Notes: a model not told the origin generated them from the sequence alone. A stretch of 64,000 nucleotides of DNA from a virus (IMGVR_UViG_3300049044_000033:94796-158795); one strand, 5' to 3'. Shown: positions 8,668 to 18,513, counted from the stretch's first letter. Numbers and translations: made by a program.

Positions 8668-9141
8668 TTAGCGTTCTCCAGTTCTCTCGAATGCGATATG
8701 GCCACGATACCCAGGCACTGCGGTGTCGGATACAAAAGTCTGACATTCTCCCGGATCTTTGGGCATTTTGTATGAGGGATCGGTAGCTGCTCGCGCTTCG
8801 TAATAGGACCGCCTTGCTTCGTATTTGTCCATTTCTTTACGCTTTAGCATAACAGCTAAATAGAGCAGACGAGCTTCCCGGTTGGTGAGCTTTTTGTCTT
8901 CCATGAAAAGGGCAAAAGGCTTTTTGTAACTGGGGCAATACTTGGACATGAATACCATATCCTCGTAGTCACGAGCATCGGCTTCGAGATTTGCCGGCCC
9001 ACGAGTCTTGTAACCTGCTGCTACTTCGTCAGCGGCCTCTTCCCTCTCCTGTTTGCCGAAGCCGTGAGCTCGATGATCATTACTGTCGCCGCAAGCCGCG
9101 AGACCAACGGCCAGAACCAACACCATCATTCCGATCTTCAT
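8668..9141 (-). CDS. Putative lipoprotein
   Basis: Lipobox LAAC after a hydrophobic signal. Confidence 0.75.
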   Translation of the reverse strand: MKIGMMVLVLAVGLAACGDSNDHRAHGFGKQEREEAADEVAAGYKTRGPANLEADARDYEDMVFMSKYCPSYKKPFALFMEDKKLTNREARLLYLAVMLKRKEMDKYEARRSYYEARAATDPSYKMPKDPGECQTFVSDTAVPGYRGHIAFERTGER

Positions 9142-9216
9142 GTCTATCTCCTTTTGTTGTCACCACTTTAGCAGATATGGGAATGGGGTCAACCATTTAG
9201 GTGACCCCATTTGCCT

Positions 9217-9420
9217 TTACTTCTTGATAATATCGAATTCGCATTGATCACTATTCGTCTTGAAAATATGAATTTCCAAGCCATGCTTCTTCAACATTTG
9301 GTCGACGATTTCCAAGACGCTTTCTGGATCTTCCTTCCAATCCACAATGCCTATAGAATCATACCACGCATCTTCAGAAGCTGCATCAACATGTTGTGGA
9401 GGCTTCACTTTGCGCTTCAT
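9217..9420 (-). CDS. Hypothetical protein
   Basis: GGAGG RBS upstream. Confidence 0.7.
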   Translation of the reverse strand: MKRKVKPPQHVDAASEDAWYDSIGIVDWKEDPESVLEIVDQMLKKHGLEIHIFKTNSDQCEFDIIKK

Positions 9421-9433
9421 TTTACTGCCTCCC

Positions 9434-9763
9434 TTAGTGCCGAGTGTTAAGCTGGCCGCGCGACATTGCGCTGTAATACTGGCGGGGCATATCGCGCTCC
9501 AGTTCAGGAACCAGGGCGGCCATGCTGTTCGGACCCATTTCCATGTAGCCCTTCTCCAGCTTGCTGCCGATCAGGTCGTGCGGGATGCCGTTGATTTCGG
9601 TCTTGAACTTCAGTCCACCGTTGCGACGACCCCAAAAGCGAACCATTGTCGTGCCGACCTTGGCCAGACCCCAGACCTTATCATTTTTCGGAGCGCCGCC
9701 GTTACGACCACGTGCGCCTTCGTTGTAGAAGTGGGCTGCTACGAGAATCTGAACCTGTGCCAT
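9434..9763 (-). CDS. WGR-domain-like protein
   Basis: DKVWG...FWGRR...KLEKGY pattern. Confidence 0.6.
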   Translation of the reverse strand: MAQVQILVAAHFYNEGARGRNGGAPKNDKVWGLAKVGTTMVRFWGRRNGGLKFKTEINGIPHDLIGSKLEKGYMEMGPNSMAALVPELERDMPRQYYSAMSRGQLNTRH

Positions 9764-9836
9764 TTTTCGATCTCCTTGTTTGCTGTCTACTCACCTGTTT
9801 TAGCATATAGGTGAGCATAGTCAACCAGTTTCTGGA

Positions 9837-10034
9837 TTATTTCTGCTCGCGATCGATCTCGCTGATCGCTTCGAACGTAACGTCGTAGGTGATGAAGTAT
9901 TCAGGGGTTTCAACAGTTACGATATAATCATCGAAGTCCTGACACTTAACGAAATCGAATGCCGCTGCTTCAGGAGTATCAGTGTCAAACTCTAGCTCTT
10001 CGAGACCTTCACTCCGAACAACAAACTTGGTCAT
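9837..10034 (-). CDS. Hypothetical acidic protein
   Basis: Start corrected to MTKFVV after cassette RBS. Confidence 0.7.
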   Translation of the reverse strand: MTKFVVRSEGLEELEFDTDTPEAAAFDFVKCQDFDDYIVTVETPEYFITYDVTFEAISEIDREQK

Positions 10035-10091
10035 TTCGATCTCCTGTTTTTCTCTTCCGATAAAACAGTGATAACAGAAATAGGTGAGCAA

Positions 10092-10511
10092 TCAACCAGT
10101 TTCTGACAACAAGGTTAGAATTTCATCCCAATCTGTCTCGGGATCAAAACCCGCTTTGTCATCGAGGAGGATGCTGAAGTAGAACTTCTTCTCAAAATTA
10201 CCCGAGGGAGTATTCTCAATCTCAGGATTCTCGTTGAAATAGTCAACAGCGATTCCGTGCTGCTCGAGGAACCCAATGATCGCTGAGTATTCCTCAGGAT
10301 GACACGACGACCATAAGATGAGTCGATTGTCCGGCACTTTGGAGATAAGTTTCAAAGCTTCGATGGCGCTCGGGGTGGTGAATGTGTAGCCACCTTGTTC
10401 GTAGTTGGAGCAGAAGACCACCCCGTGTAGATCAACCGCCCAATAGATCAAGGGCTCGTTTCGTTCAACTGAAATGCGCAAAGCGCGCTTAATGGCTTTG
10501 ATAATGCTCAT
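10092..10511 (-). CDS. HAD-superfamily phosphatase-like protein
   Basis: WAVDLHG (motif I variant), LILWSS, NENPE, LLDDKAGF. Confidence 0.65.
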   Translation of the reverse strand: MSIIKAIKRALRISVERNEPLIYWAVDLHGVVFCSNYEQGGYTFTTPSAIEALKLISKVPDNRLILWSSCHPEEYSAIIGFLEQHGIAVDYFNENPEIENTPSGNFEKKFYFSILLDDKAGFDPETDWDEILTLLSETG

Positions 10512-10521
10512 TTCATTCTCT

Positions 10522-10710
10522 TTATCGTTTAGAAAGGCTAGCAGCTTTGGCGTCACGCAGACCATCAACGATCTCGGTCAGGTCAATACATTTGCGACGG
10601 CGGCTTGCCCTCATAGTTGCCATATCGTCCTCGTTCAAGAGAACGACCGTTGAGTCATGGATCCGGTTGAGGAAGTCTGTGAGTTCTCCAACAGTGATAT
10701 GGACGGCCAT
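10522..10710 (-). CDS. Hypothetical protein
   Basis: TAATG coupling with upstream gene. Confidence 0.6.
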   Translation of the reverse strand: MAVHITVGELTDFLNRIHDSTVVLLNEDDMATMRASRRRKCIDLTEIVDGLRDAKAASLSKR

Positions 10711-10919
10711 TATCGACTGAATCCTTCCTTGATGGAATGGATGGAGATGCCCCGACAGAGACGACGGATTTCCGTTGGAGTGGTCTTCCGAACCTGGATG
10801 GTCCGATGAAGCGCATAAACGACCTCTAGTCCAGCATCCTCGAGGGCGCCGACCACCGCCGCACGATCACCTGCGTTAAAGTGCTTGATTGTGATTTCCA
10901 GGCTGCGCTTCATTCCCAT
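10710..10919 (-). CDS. Hypothetical protein
   Basis: Cassette RBS upstream. Confidence 0.7.
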   Translation of the reverse strand: MGMKRSLEITIKHFNAGDRAAVVGALEDAGLEVVYALHRTIQVRKTTPTEIRRLCRGISIHSIKEGFSR

Positions 10920-10990
10920 CGTTGATCTCCTCTTGCTGACCTCTTGATAGCAGGATAGGTGATAATGTCAACCACATTATCACCTATTTG

Positions 10991-11335
10991 TCAGTCGAGG
11001 CGGCTTTGCGCAAAGGCCTGAATATCGTAGCGGCGCAAGATGGTAGCAGCTACTTCAGCGCCGGCGAGGTGGACGTTCACGTTCTGTGCGTTGATTCGGC
11101 CGGGCATGTAGAGTTCGTAAGCCTTGCCATCCCAGGTCTTCTCAAAACCTAGAGCCTGGAGAGTTGCCCGTTCAGTGCGGCCCAGCTTAGTGTTGCCCTT
11201 GTGGGTGGGAATAACCTTCACCCATGCAAAGCCACACATTGGGCGATCCTTGCCTTCCAATACCTCATTCAGGTATTTGGTCGCAGCTTCTTTGGCTTCG
11301 AACTGAATCAGGTTCTTGAGGTCTCCGAGTTCCAT
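10991..11335 (-). CDS. Phage hypothetical protein with CGFAWV motif
   Basis: CGFAWV...GA..A..L......A.SRLD pattern; cassette RBS. Confidence 0.75.
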   Translation of the reverse strand: MELGDLKNLIQFEAKEAATKYLNEVLEGKDRPMCGFAWVKVIPTHKGNTKLGRTERATLQALGFEKTWDGKAYELYMPGRINAQNVNVHLAGAEVAATILRRYDIQAFAQSRLD

Positions 11336-11387
11336 GCCGATCTCCTTTGTTTCCTATGCTGTCATGATAACAGAATAGGTGAAAGTG

Positions 11388-11585
11388 TCAACCAGTTTTC
11401 TTCGGGGATTCCTGGAGGGAGGCTAGAAAGGCCCACATGCCGATGGCCATGAAGATCGCAATCGCGTAGGTCGGACGGTTCAAACCGTAGGCCGGAGGTA
11501 GCGGAGGAAACAAAATGAGCATAGCGGCCAATCCCAATGAGGTCCACTGGAACAACCAAATGAGGTTCTGGATAGCTTTACGCAT
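11388..11585 (-). CDS. Small two-TM membrane protein
   Basis: Two hydrophobic segments; cassette RBS. Confidence 0.7.
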   Translation of the reverse strand: MRKAIQNLIWLFQWTSLGLAAMLILFPPLPPAYGLNRPTYAIAIFMAIGMWAFLASLQESPKKTG

Positions 11586-11654
11586 GTTTCGATCTCCTTC
11601 CTAGTCACGATAACAGAACTGGAAGGATTGTCAAGCCTATTCTTCCAGTCATGA

Positions 11655-11682
11655 TTATGGGGAGGATTGCTCCTCCCCATAA
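11655..11682 (-). terminator. Stem-loop, probable terminator
   Basis: TTATGGGGAGGA-TTGC-TCCTCCCCATAA. Confidence 0.65.
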
Positions 11683-11685
11683 GAC

Positions 11686-12039
11686 CTACGAGCACCAGTA
11701 AGATTCACTTGCCACCGAGCAAGCATAAGATGTATTTTTGTCTTCCTGGACCCAGACCTGGGTCATCATGTTCCGCACCCACTTGTTGCCGTTTTCCAGC
11801 GCGGGCAGATCTTCCTGCTTGGTTTCCTTGGGCATCGTCGAAGGCGGGATGGGGCGTTCGATATCAATGCAGGAAACCGTGTAACCCTTGCCCTCAGCAT
11901 ACCGCTCCCAGCGGTGGAAGGTCGCAACGTCTGTGAATTGCTTTTCGCGTTCGATCAACCGGCTCGGAGTCATGTAATGGGCGGTGATGCGCTCGACCGT
12001 TGCGGGATTTTCGATCTCGGTCTTTACAAACTTGGTCAT
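11686..12039 (-). CDS. Hypothetical protein (TAG stop)
   Basis: Cassette RBS; C-terminal RNMMT...CSVASESYWCS. Confidence 0.75.
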   Translation of the reverse strand: MTKFVKTEIENPATVERITAHYMTPSRLIEREKQFTDVATFHRWERYAEGKGYTVSCIDIERPIPPSTMPKETKQEDLPALENGNKWVRNMMTQVWVQEDKNTSYACSVASESYWCS

Positions 12040-12125
12040 TTGCTATCTCCTGTTTTCGCTTCCGATAAACCCAAGATAGCAGAAAGAGGTGAAACGTCAA
12101 CCGAAGATTCACCTCTTTTTAAATT

Positions 12126-12359
12126 TTAGAAATCCATCATAAAAGCGCCGTCTTCGTCGACAAGGTGCCAGCAAACCTTCCCATCGAGCGTCTCCCGGCC
12201 TACAGCCCACACGGGATAGGTCGTCCCATCCTCCCGTTCGAAGGTGTATTTCTCGCCCATCTTAAAGTCCTGGCCTGCGACGTGACAAGACCAAGCAAAG
12301 CCCAAATAGTCCGAGCCGGCGCGCACGAAGTCCAGTTCTTTGATCTTAAAAGTGGTCAT
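12126..12359 (-). CDS. Hypothetical protein
   Basis: Cassette RBS. Confidence 0.75.
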   Translation of the reverse strand: MTTFKIKELDFVRAGSDYLGFAWSCHVAGQDFKMGEKYTFEREDGTTYPVWAVGRETLDGKVCWHLVDEDGAFMMDF

Positions 12360-12422
12360 CGTCGATCTCCTGTTTGCTTTGTTGTCCTCATAATAGCAAA
12401 CTGGATAAACGTGTCAACCACT

Positions 12423-12710
12423 TTAAGCGGTACCGGCGACCTCCCACTCAGGTTTGAGAACCAATGTTGGAATACCTTGTGGTTGCCCGTCGAGCATCGC
12501 ACAGTAGCCATGGCTCTTTGGGGAGTCCATAGTGTGCCAGCCGCGATCACAAGCCGTGCAGGTCGATTGCATCTTTTCCCGGCTAGACCAAATATCAGCA
12601 CCGATACAGCCACAGGGAAGCTGCCAAGTTGTGCTGATCCGTTCCCATTCGGAACGAGTTTCGGTAACCTCAGTCACCACTATAGTCATCCGATCTTTAA
12701 CCACAATCAT
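12423..12710 (-). CDS. Hypothetical Zn-finger-like protein
   Basis: LPCGC...CTAC motifs; GGAAG upstream. Confidence 0.65.
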   Translation of the reverse strand: MIVVKDRMTIVVTEVTETRSEWERISTTWQLPCGCIGADIWSSREKMQSTCTACDRGWHTMDSPKSHGYCAMLDGQPQGIPTLVLKPEWEVAGTA

Positions 12711-13077
12711 CTTCCTTTACTCCTTTGATCCTCAGATACTCAGCAAAGGGATCTTCAAAGAGAGCAGCGGGACAGATATCATCCTCGCCGTATTTGCAGG
12801 AAAACCGATGAAGGCCATATTCGGGGGTTCCGTAGTCGTCATCGACTAAGCCGTAACAATGGCTCATATGAACCAAGTAGTGATGGCCGTCCGGCTTGAT
12901 GCGATCCCCTGCGGTCTTCTGTGCTTCAACGACGCGGAGTTTGTTTGTTATATCCGCCCTGACTACTGACAAGTTGTTGATAAGGGCTTTGAGGGCTTCT
13001 CGCTGTCCTTCCAAGCCGTTCTCCTCAATTACGCCGGTAGCTTTGAGGAAGAGGTGATAGCGCTCTTGGTCGTTCAA
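12697..13077 (-). CDS. Hypothetical protein
   Basis: HC...CKYGEDDICP motif; overlap coupling. Confidence 0.7.
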   Translation of the reverse strand: MNDQERYHLFLKATGVIEENGLEGQREALKALINNLSVVRADITNKLRVVEAQKTAGDRIKPDGHHYLVHMSHCYGLVDDDYGTPEYGLHRFSCKYGEDDICPAALFEDPFAEYLRIKGVKEDDCG

Positions 13078-13634
13078 CGCAGGCGCTCCTCACAATAAGC
13101 CTTGTAGCGACGTTCGAACTCATCCATATCATCGCGGTGGATGCGGACGCTGTGGTAGTCGCTTGCGTCTAGATCTCGGGTCTGACCATTATAACCCTTG
13201 CCGTTGTTGAAGCGCAGGCCCTCGCCTAGGTTGGGATATCCTTCTAAGCGCCCGTCGATATAGCGCGAACCGTATTGACATTGCTGTCCGAGTCGCGACC
13301 GGCAGAAGTCGCCGAAGGAACTGTAGCCGCCGTCGTTGAACTCGGGATGGATAATATTGCAGAGCACTGCGCCGCCATCTTCGCTCTCGTCGGTTTCTTC
13401 CACCACCATATTGGGGCCATCCATAACTGGCTCCACAATACCGGCGTCGTGGAACATGATCAGGAATTCACGAAGCAACCAGCACTGATTGGGTTGTTCA
13501 ACGCGGAGTCCACGGGCACAACAATATGCCAGGATTACACCGTTCATTCGGCTTTCGAGGGTAAACATCGATCCCAATTCATTGAATCCGACCGCAACCT
13601 GCTGACCTTCATCGAGCGTATAGGCAATCTGCAT
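13074..13634 (-). CDS. Hypothetical protein
   Basis: Start corrected to MQIAYT after cassette RBS. Confidence 0.75.
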   Translation of the reverse strand: MQIAYTLDEGQQVAVGFNELGSMFTLESRMNGVILAYCCARGLRVEQPNQCWLLREFLIMFHDAGIVEPVMDGPNMVVEETDESEDGGAVLCNIIHPEFNDGGYSSFGDFCRSRLGQQCQYGSRYIDGRLEGYPNLGEGLRFNNGKGYNGQTRDLDASDYHSVRIHRDDMDEFERRYKAYCEERLR

Positions 13635-13822
13635 TTTCGATCTCCTGTTGTTTCTTGCTGTCACGATAGCAAGATAGGTGAACTTGTCAACCTATTTGTC
13701 GCGGAGGAGATTCTCATAGAATGCCGCAGTCTTGGGCATCCCACGTTCTCTTGCGCTTTCGGCGTTCTGTCTCCAGAGGCGCCGCCGTTTGGCTTTGTGG
13801 GAGATTTCAGAGAGCCAGCACA

Positions 13823-14065
13823 TTAAAGGGCATCCTTGCGTTCGTAGAGCCAGCCCATGATGAGCTCAATGTCAGTGGACCGAAAGCCTTCCATTTCCAG
13901 GCAGTTCTTCAAGTAGGCGAGGAAACGGACTTCGTCATCAAACATCTGCGGCATCGTCTCGAGAGTATGCAGGATGCCGTTTGCCTTCCAGGTCTTGAGG
14001 TAGCCTTGACCAAACGAATTTGCGTAGGTCTTGAAATCGACGATCAACTGTTCCATATTGCTCAC
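13823..14065 (-). CDS. Hypothetical protein
   Basis: GTG start after CAGGAGATCAAAG. Confidence 0.7.
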   Translation of the reverse strand: MSNMEQLIVDFKTYANSFGQGYLKTWKANGILHTLETMPQMFDDEVRFLAYLKNCLEMEGFRSTDIELIMGWLYERKDAL

Positions 14066-14127
14066 CTTTGATCTCCTGTTGTTTCTTATCACCACATTAG
14101 CAGGAAAGGTGAACTTGTCAACCGCTT

Positions 14128-14412
14128 TTAGGAGTCAGCCCCTGCTGCGTCGAAACCTTGGCGAAATGGGCCAAAACGGCCCAACCATTCGTCCTTCATA
14201 GGGACTCCATTCATATGGTATTCGCGACCGGAATCGTAACCCTCTTGGTATTCGTCTTGCTCGCGTTCCCAGTTGCGGATATCATCCTCGAGTGCGTTAA
14301 TGTCGCTCTCATAGTTGTTGACATCCTCCTCCGAGAGTTCTCCCATCATTATGGCGAACTGCTTCTCCTGAATCTCTTCGCGAGCCTGCTCGATCTCTTG
14401 ATATCGGATCAT
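14128..14412 (-). CDS. Hypothetical acidic protein
   Basis: YQEGYDSG...FRQGFDAA; GGAGG RBS. Confidence 0.7.
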   Translation of the reverse strand: MIRYQEIEQAREEIQEKQFAIMMGELSEEDVNNYESDINALEDDIRNWEREQDEYQEGYDSGREYHMNGVPMKDEWLGRFGPFRQGFDAAGADS

Positions 14413-14413
14413 A

Positions 14414-14623
14414 TCAGCCTCCCTGACTCATCATCCGAACATACTCAGGATCGAACTGCTCAACGGGTTCAGTCCGGATGGAACGAACGCTAAACACTTC
14501 AGCATAGGGGCCAGCAACTTTGCGAACTTCAGCTGCTGGATTTGCGTCGTCCTCGATAGTGATCCTCTTGGATCCTTCGGCGTCTGCGTAACCCTTTGGC
14601 CAGTATTCGACAATCTTGCTCAT
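14414..14623 (-). CDS. Hypothetical protein
   Basis: AGGAGG RBS and hairpin promoter. Confidence 0.7.
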   Translation of the reverse strand: MSKIVEYWPKGYADAEGSKRITIEDDANPAAEVRKVAGPYAEVFSVRSIRTEPVEQFDPEYVRMMSQGG

Positions 14624-14673
14624 GCTGTCCTCCTGCTGTTGTGCTCACCAGTTTATAGCAAACTGGTTAGAAG

Positions 14674-14847
14674 TCAAGCCAGTTTCTTGTTCTCCACTCG
14701 AATAAAAACATCACGGGCTCTCTGGGCCTGTCGACGATTGGCCTGATATACTGCTTCGTCAGCGTTAGGTTTCACAGCAAAGCCTTTGAGTTCGGTTTCG
14801 CTCTGTGCCCAGTAGGCACCACGTTCGTAACCTGCTCTCTTCCACAT
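14674..14847 (-). CDS. Hypothetical protein (57 aa, not in ORF track)
   Basis: MWKRAGYERGAYWAQSETELKGFAVKPNADEAVYQANRRQAQRARDVFIRVENKKLA; cassette RBS; stop overlaps next -35. Confidence 0.65.
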   Translation of the reverse strand: MWKRAGYERGAYWAQSETELKGFAVKPNADEAVYQANRRQAQRARDVFIRVENKKLA

Positions 14848-14898
14848 AGTCGATCTCCCGTTGTTGTGCTCACCAGTATAAAGGAATAGGTGAACTTG

Positions 14899-15312
14899 TC
14901 AACCACCTCTTTCCTGGCTATCTTGGTATTTCATCCAAGTCTTCATATTGTGAGAATTCATGCTCTTAACACGATGTGCAGGAACGTTAATGAGCTTCAC
15001 ACGATCTATGGATTTCAACACGATATACTTTTCACCATCCCACCTTGCGAGTGTCCAACAACGATTATTCTTAACCGGAACATCAGTTGGGCAGTGAACT
15101 TTACCGTGGCTCGTGAAGTTCCAGTGGTCACTAACCCTCAAGCTGCCTAGTGGGGTATTGTGCCAGTCCTTCTCACCAGCATTCACGTTATAGTAGGAGT
15201 GGCTATAGGGAGACTTACATTTGGCCTCCCATGACATGATCTCTAGGATGAGCTCTTCCGGCATGTGCCAGGGAATGTTATTTTCGTGGACAACTTGCTG
15301 GGGATTGCTCAT
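14899..15312 (-). CDS. Hypothetical protein
   Basis: KSPYS.SYY...LRVSDHWNF....HC.TD motif; cassette RBS. Confidence 0.75.
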   Translation of the reverse strand: MSNPQQVVHENNIPWHMPEELILEIMSWEAKCKSPYSHSYYNVNAGEKDWHNTPLGSLRVSDHWNFTSHGKVHCPTDVPVKNNRCWTLARWDGEKYIVLKSIDRVKLINVPAHRVKSMNSHNMKTWMKYQDSQERGG

Positions 15313-15368
15313 TGGTATCTCCTGTTCTTACCACCTTAATAGCAAGATAGGTGAGCACGTCAACCACT

Positions 15369-16583
15369 TTAGAAGGAAAATGCGCAACCCAGCTGCTCGA
15401 GGATTTCCTCAGCCTCATCAAAGTCCATGTCGAACTCATCGATCAGAAAAAACAAAGAGGGTTCCTGATGGGTTTGACGAAGACGCAGCTTAACCTCATC
15501 CAGCTTAGAGGGCTTCTCAATTGGCTTGGGAGGGGCAATCGGGGTCCGACCCTTCCGGGCTTCAACAATACCCTGAACCAGTTCATCGCTCACGAACGCA
15601 CCATGGACGCGCTTCAAGCTGTTGCCCTCCATGAGCAACATGTCGCCCTTGCCTAAGAGGTTCTCTGCGCCTTCCTCTCCCAAGATTGTCCGGCTATCAA
15701 AGCCGCTTGCTACCTTGAAGCTAATCCGAGTGGGGAGGTTGGCTTTGAGGACGCCGGTCACAACGTCCACAGAAGGCCGCTGTGTAGCCATAATGAGGTG
15801 GATACCCGCTGCCCTTGCCTTCTGCGCAATACGCTGGACGAGCCCTTCTAGGGCTTTGCCGGCCATCTGTATTAGGTCCGCAAACTCGTCAATGACCACA
15901 ACGATGTAGGGCAGCTTGTCGGTATGGTTTTCATTGTAGTTCGCTATGTTGCGAACCTTTGCGCTTGCGAGCAGTCGATAACGATCTTCCATCTCCTGCA
16001 CGATCTCGCCCAGTGCCTCTATGGCAACTTTGGGATCGGTGATCGTCGGGCGGAGCAAATGTGGAATACCATCATAAACTGACAGTTCCAACATCTTTGG
16101 ATCGATAAAGAGGAATCGACATTGCTCAGCGGAGAACCTGTAGAGCAGGCTGAGAATCATGCTGTTAACCCCGACACTCTTGCCGCTGCCGGTTGTACCT
16201 GCGACCAACAAGTGGGGCATCGTTGCTAGATCGCTCACGATAGCTTCTCCCGTGATCGCTCGACCAAGGATGATCGGGAGAGCAGCACTGGAACGCATAA
16301 ACTCAGGAGACGCTAAGAGGTCTTCGTAGGGGATAGACTGGCGCTGCTCATTGGGCACCTCAACCGAGAGGCTGTTCCTCCCAGGAGTGGTAATAATCCG
16401 AATGCCCTGAACTCCGATACAGCGCGCCACATCGTTGGTCAGCGCCACGATCTTGTTAGCCCGAACACCGCGCTCAAGTTGGATTTCGTAAGTTGAGACG
16501 AGGGGACCGCTCTTCACTGATATGACTTCAACGTTGAAGCCAAAGTCCTTGAATGCTTGCTCCAATGTGTTGGTGCGGCTCAT
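15369..16583 (-). CDS. ftsK: FtsK/SpoIIIE-family DNA translocase (motor domain only)
   Basis: MPHLLVAGTTGSGKS, IDPKMLELS, VIDEFADL, ARAAGIHLIMATQRPSVDVVTG, DSRTIL...GAENLLGKGDML. Confidence 0.95.
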   Translation of the reverse strand: MSRTNTLEQAFKDFGFNVEVISVKSGPLVSTYEIQLERGVRANKIVALTNDVARCIGVQGIRIITTPGRNSLSVEVPNEQRQSIPYEDLLASPEFMRSSAALPIILGRAITGEAIVSDLATMPHLLVAGTTGSGKSVGVNSMILSLLYRFSAEQCRFLFIDPKMLELSVYDGIPHLLRPTITDPKVAIEALGEIVQEMEDRYRLLASAKVRNIANYNENHTDKLPYIVVVIDEFADLIQMAGKALEGLVQRIAQKARAAGIHLIMATQRPSVDVVTGVLKANLPTRISFKVASGFDSRTILGEEGAENLLGKGDMLLMEGNSLKRVHGAFVSDELVQGIVEARKGRTPIAPPKPIEKPSKLDEVKLRLRQTHQEPSLFFLIDEFDMDFDEAEEILEQLGCAFSF

Positions 16584-16643
16584 CTCGATCTCCTCTGTCT
16601 TGCTTCTTTTCTAGCACAAAACAGGTGAGCGTCAACCAATTTT

Positions 16644-16880
16644 TCAGTAGCTTATGTCAACGATATACTGACATTCGTTGTTGCTGCCGACCTTGATCGT
16701 GCTATTCGCAGTTGCGAATATATTAGTATCCCATTTCTCGATCTTGGCCAGCTTTCGAACGTGGAATAGATCTTCACGAGGATGGCCGAGCAGTTGGCGA
16801 ATTGCTTCGATTAGCATATCAGCCTGGGCATGACGATCACACATAATGAGGATCGGAAACTTCATTTCCTTAATATTCAT
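16644..16880 (-). CDS. Hypothetical protein
   Basis: Cassette RBS. Confidence 0.7.
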   Translation of the reverse strand: MNIKEMKFPILIMCDRHAQADMLIEAIRQLLGHPREDLFHVRKLAKIEKWDTNIFATANSTIKVGSNNECQYIVDISY

Positions 16881-16937
16881 AAGTCGATCTCCTATTCAGT
16901 TGTCCTCATTTTAACACAGAATAGGAGAGTGTCAACC
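16881..16937 (-). promoter_or_regulatory. Hairpin promoter/RBS cassette
   Basis: TTGACA; TCTCCTATTC/GAATAGGAGA 10-bp IR at 16888-16928 covering the SD. Confidence 0.8.
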
Positions 16938-16938
16938 G

Positions 16939-17304
16939 TTATTCCTCAGCAGCATCTCCGAAGAATTGAACCTCGATATCATCAACGTCGTGGAGTAACC
17001 AGGCACGAATCTTCTTCATCGTAGTGTGCCATTCGTCGACAGGCTGAACGATTTCGTCAGGGGTATCGGGTATCCAATTACTCTCAAAGGTAACTTGGCC
17101 CTCCGAAATATCAGTGACCTTGAAAGTATGCCATCCCTTACTGGTTGATTCAAGAGGAGACATTCGAGCGAACGCCCATACCTGGCCTACTTCGGGATTC
17201 TTATACGTAGACGTTTTCCAGCGATAGAATGAATACGGAACCCTCCAAAACTTCCATACGGCACCCACACCTGTGAGGATGGCTCCGGTGGTCAGAAGAG
17301 GCAT
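16939..17304 (-). CDS. Hypothetical protein with N-terminal anchor
   Basis: TGATG coupling; hydrophobic N-terminus. Confidence 0.7.
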   Translation of the reverse strand: MPLLTTGAILTGVGAVWKFWRVPYSFYRWKTSTYKNPEVGQVWAFARMSPLESTSKGWHTFKVTDISEGQVTFESNWIPDTPDEIVQPVDEWHTTMKKIRAWLLHDVDDIEVQFFGDAAEE

Positions 17305-17498
17305 CAGTCAAACACATCAAGGAGGTCAAGTTCGCCACCGGTCCACACCAATAGGCCGATGATCACACCGATGATGGTAGGAAGCCAAGCGAAGAAACCT
17401 GCTGTTGCTAGGGTGATGTTGGGGTTAATTCCCACAATCGCCGCAGTGATCAGGAAGCCCACAGCCATACAAAACAAGCCGCCTAGAAATTGTCCCAT
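17304..17498 (-). CDS. Small two-TM membrane protein
   Basis: Strongly hydrophobic 64 aa. Confidence 0.7.
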   Translation of the reverse strand: MGQFLGGLFCMAVGFLITAAIVGINPNITLATAGFFAWLPTIIGVIIGLLVWTGGELDLLDVFD

Positions 17499-17500
17499 TT

Positions 17501-18262
17501 TTATGCCTTCTCAAACATGATGTCAGTGCGGATGATGATCTTCTCAGGATCACCTTCATTGAGTGGTTCGCTATCGTGGAGCATACGATGACCGAACATC
17601 AAAGCCTTGCCAGGATGCGGCGCCACCCGCAGCAAGACTTCGTCGTCATTTCCTGCCCGATCCCAATCAGCGAAATCATATTCACTCATCGGTTTGCCCA
17701 ATTGTTTATCAACTAGGAAGCGGGTAGCACCACGTTGATTGTGAGTCAAGTAGATCACCAGAGACATCAAGGTTCGACGAGTATCACTTTCCTTGAAGGT
17801 CTCATCATAGTGGCCGACCAACTTGCCACCGTCAGCATACCTGATGTAACGGAAGAGGGGACTGACGCCCACAGGCTTCCAACGAGCATGTCCGTCATGA
17901 TCTGTTGGGCTACGTGCGTCGCAGATCGCATAGTCGGGGAAGAACTCTCTAAGGCGCACCCAGAGACGATCCGCAAAGCCGGGATTCCAGTTAGAGAGTC
18001 GATAGTTGCCGATCTCATCGTAGGTATGATCAGCACGACCGTCCAAGCCAACAGCTTGCCACTTGTGTTTATCGAGTTGCTTCCGCAGCATGACAGCAAT
18101 CCGAGGCGTCAGCAGACCATTCACAACATCGATCCCAGTGTCAGTCTGACCGATCTCGAGGATTTGTCTGTTGGGAAGACGACCTTCCCAACCACCCTCG
18201 AGTGCCGTCTGAACCTCAGGATCAATTTCGAAGTGGTTGACGAAGTTGCTCTTGTCGACCAT
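17501..18262 (-). CDS. 2OG-Fe(II) oxygenase (prolyl-4-hydroxylase-like)
   Basis: FRYIRY..GG.L..HYD, SLVIYL, GATRF, P.PGKALMF.H..LHDS, IIRTDI. Confidence 0.9.
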   Translation of the reverse strand: MVDKSNFVNHFEIDPEVQTALEGGWEGRLPNRQILEIGQTDTGIDVVNGLLTPRIAVMLRKQLDKHKWQAVGLDGRADHTYDEIGNYRLSNWNPGFADRLWVRLREFFPDYAICDARSPTDHDGHARWKPVGVSPLFRYIRYADGGKLVGHYDETFKESDTRRTLMSLVIYLTHNQRGATRFLVDKQLGKPMSEYDFADWDRAGNDDEVLLRVAPHPGKALMFGHRMLHDSEPLNEGDPEKIIIRTDIMFEKA

Positions 18263-18513
18263 TAGAGCTGCGCGATTCCTACGAGCAGCTCTGCGTCGTC
18301 CCAGGTGTTCTCATGATCAGCAGCACCGTGGCGATCAAGACCCATATCGATCAGGACGTTGACCGACGAAGTTTCTGAACCGTTGCCGTCATTAACGATA
18401 TCCAGGACGGTCGAGGCATCTGTCGAAGTGCCTTCGAGTTCCGATTCCTTCACGTCGCGGCTGATATAGATGAGTTCGATCGCTCGGGTGAGGATTTCCT
18501 GCTTCGTCTTCAT
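18262..18513 (-). CDS. Hypothetical protein
   Basis: Coupled within the nadE operon. Confidence 0.65.
   Translation of the reverse strand: MKTKQEILTRAIELIYISRDVKESELEGTSTDASTVLDIVNDGNGSETSSVNVLIDMGLDRHGAADHENTWDDAELLVGIAQL

Noticed and set aside
13690-13822. Coding-looking frame LHKAKRRRLWRQNAESARERG...
   Set aside because: Preceded by an in-frame TGA with no start codon; cannot be supported as a gene
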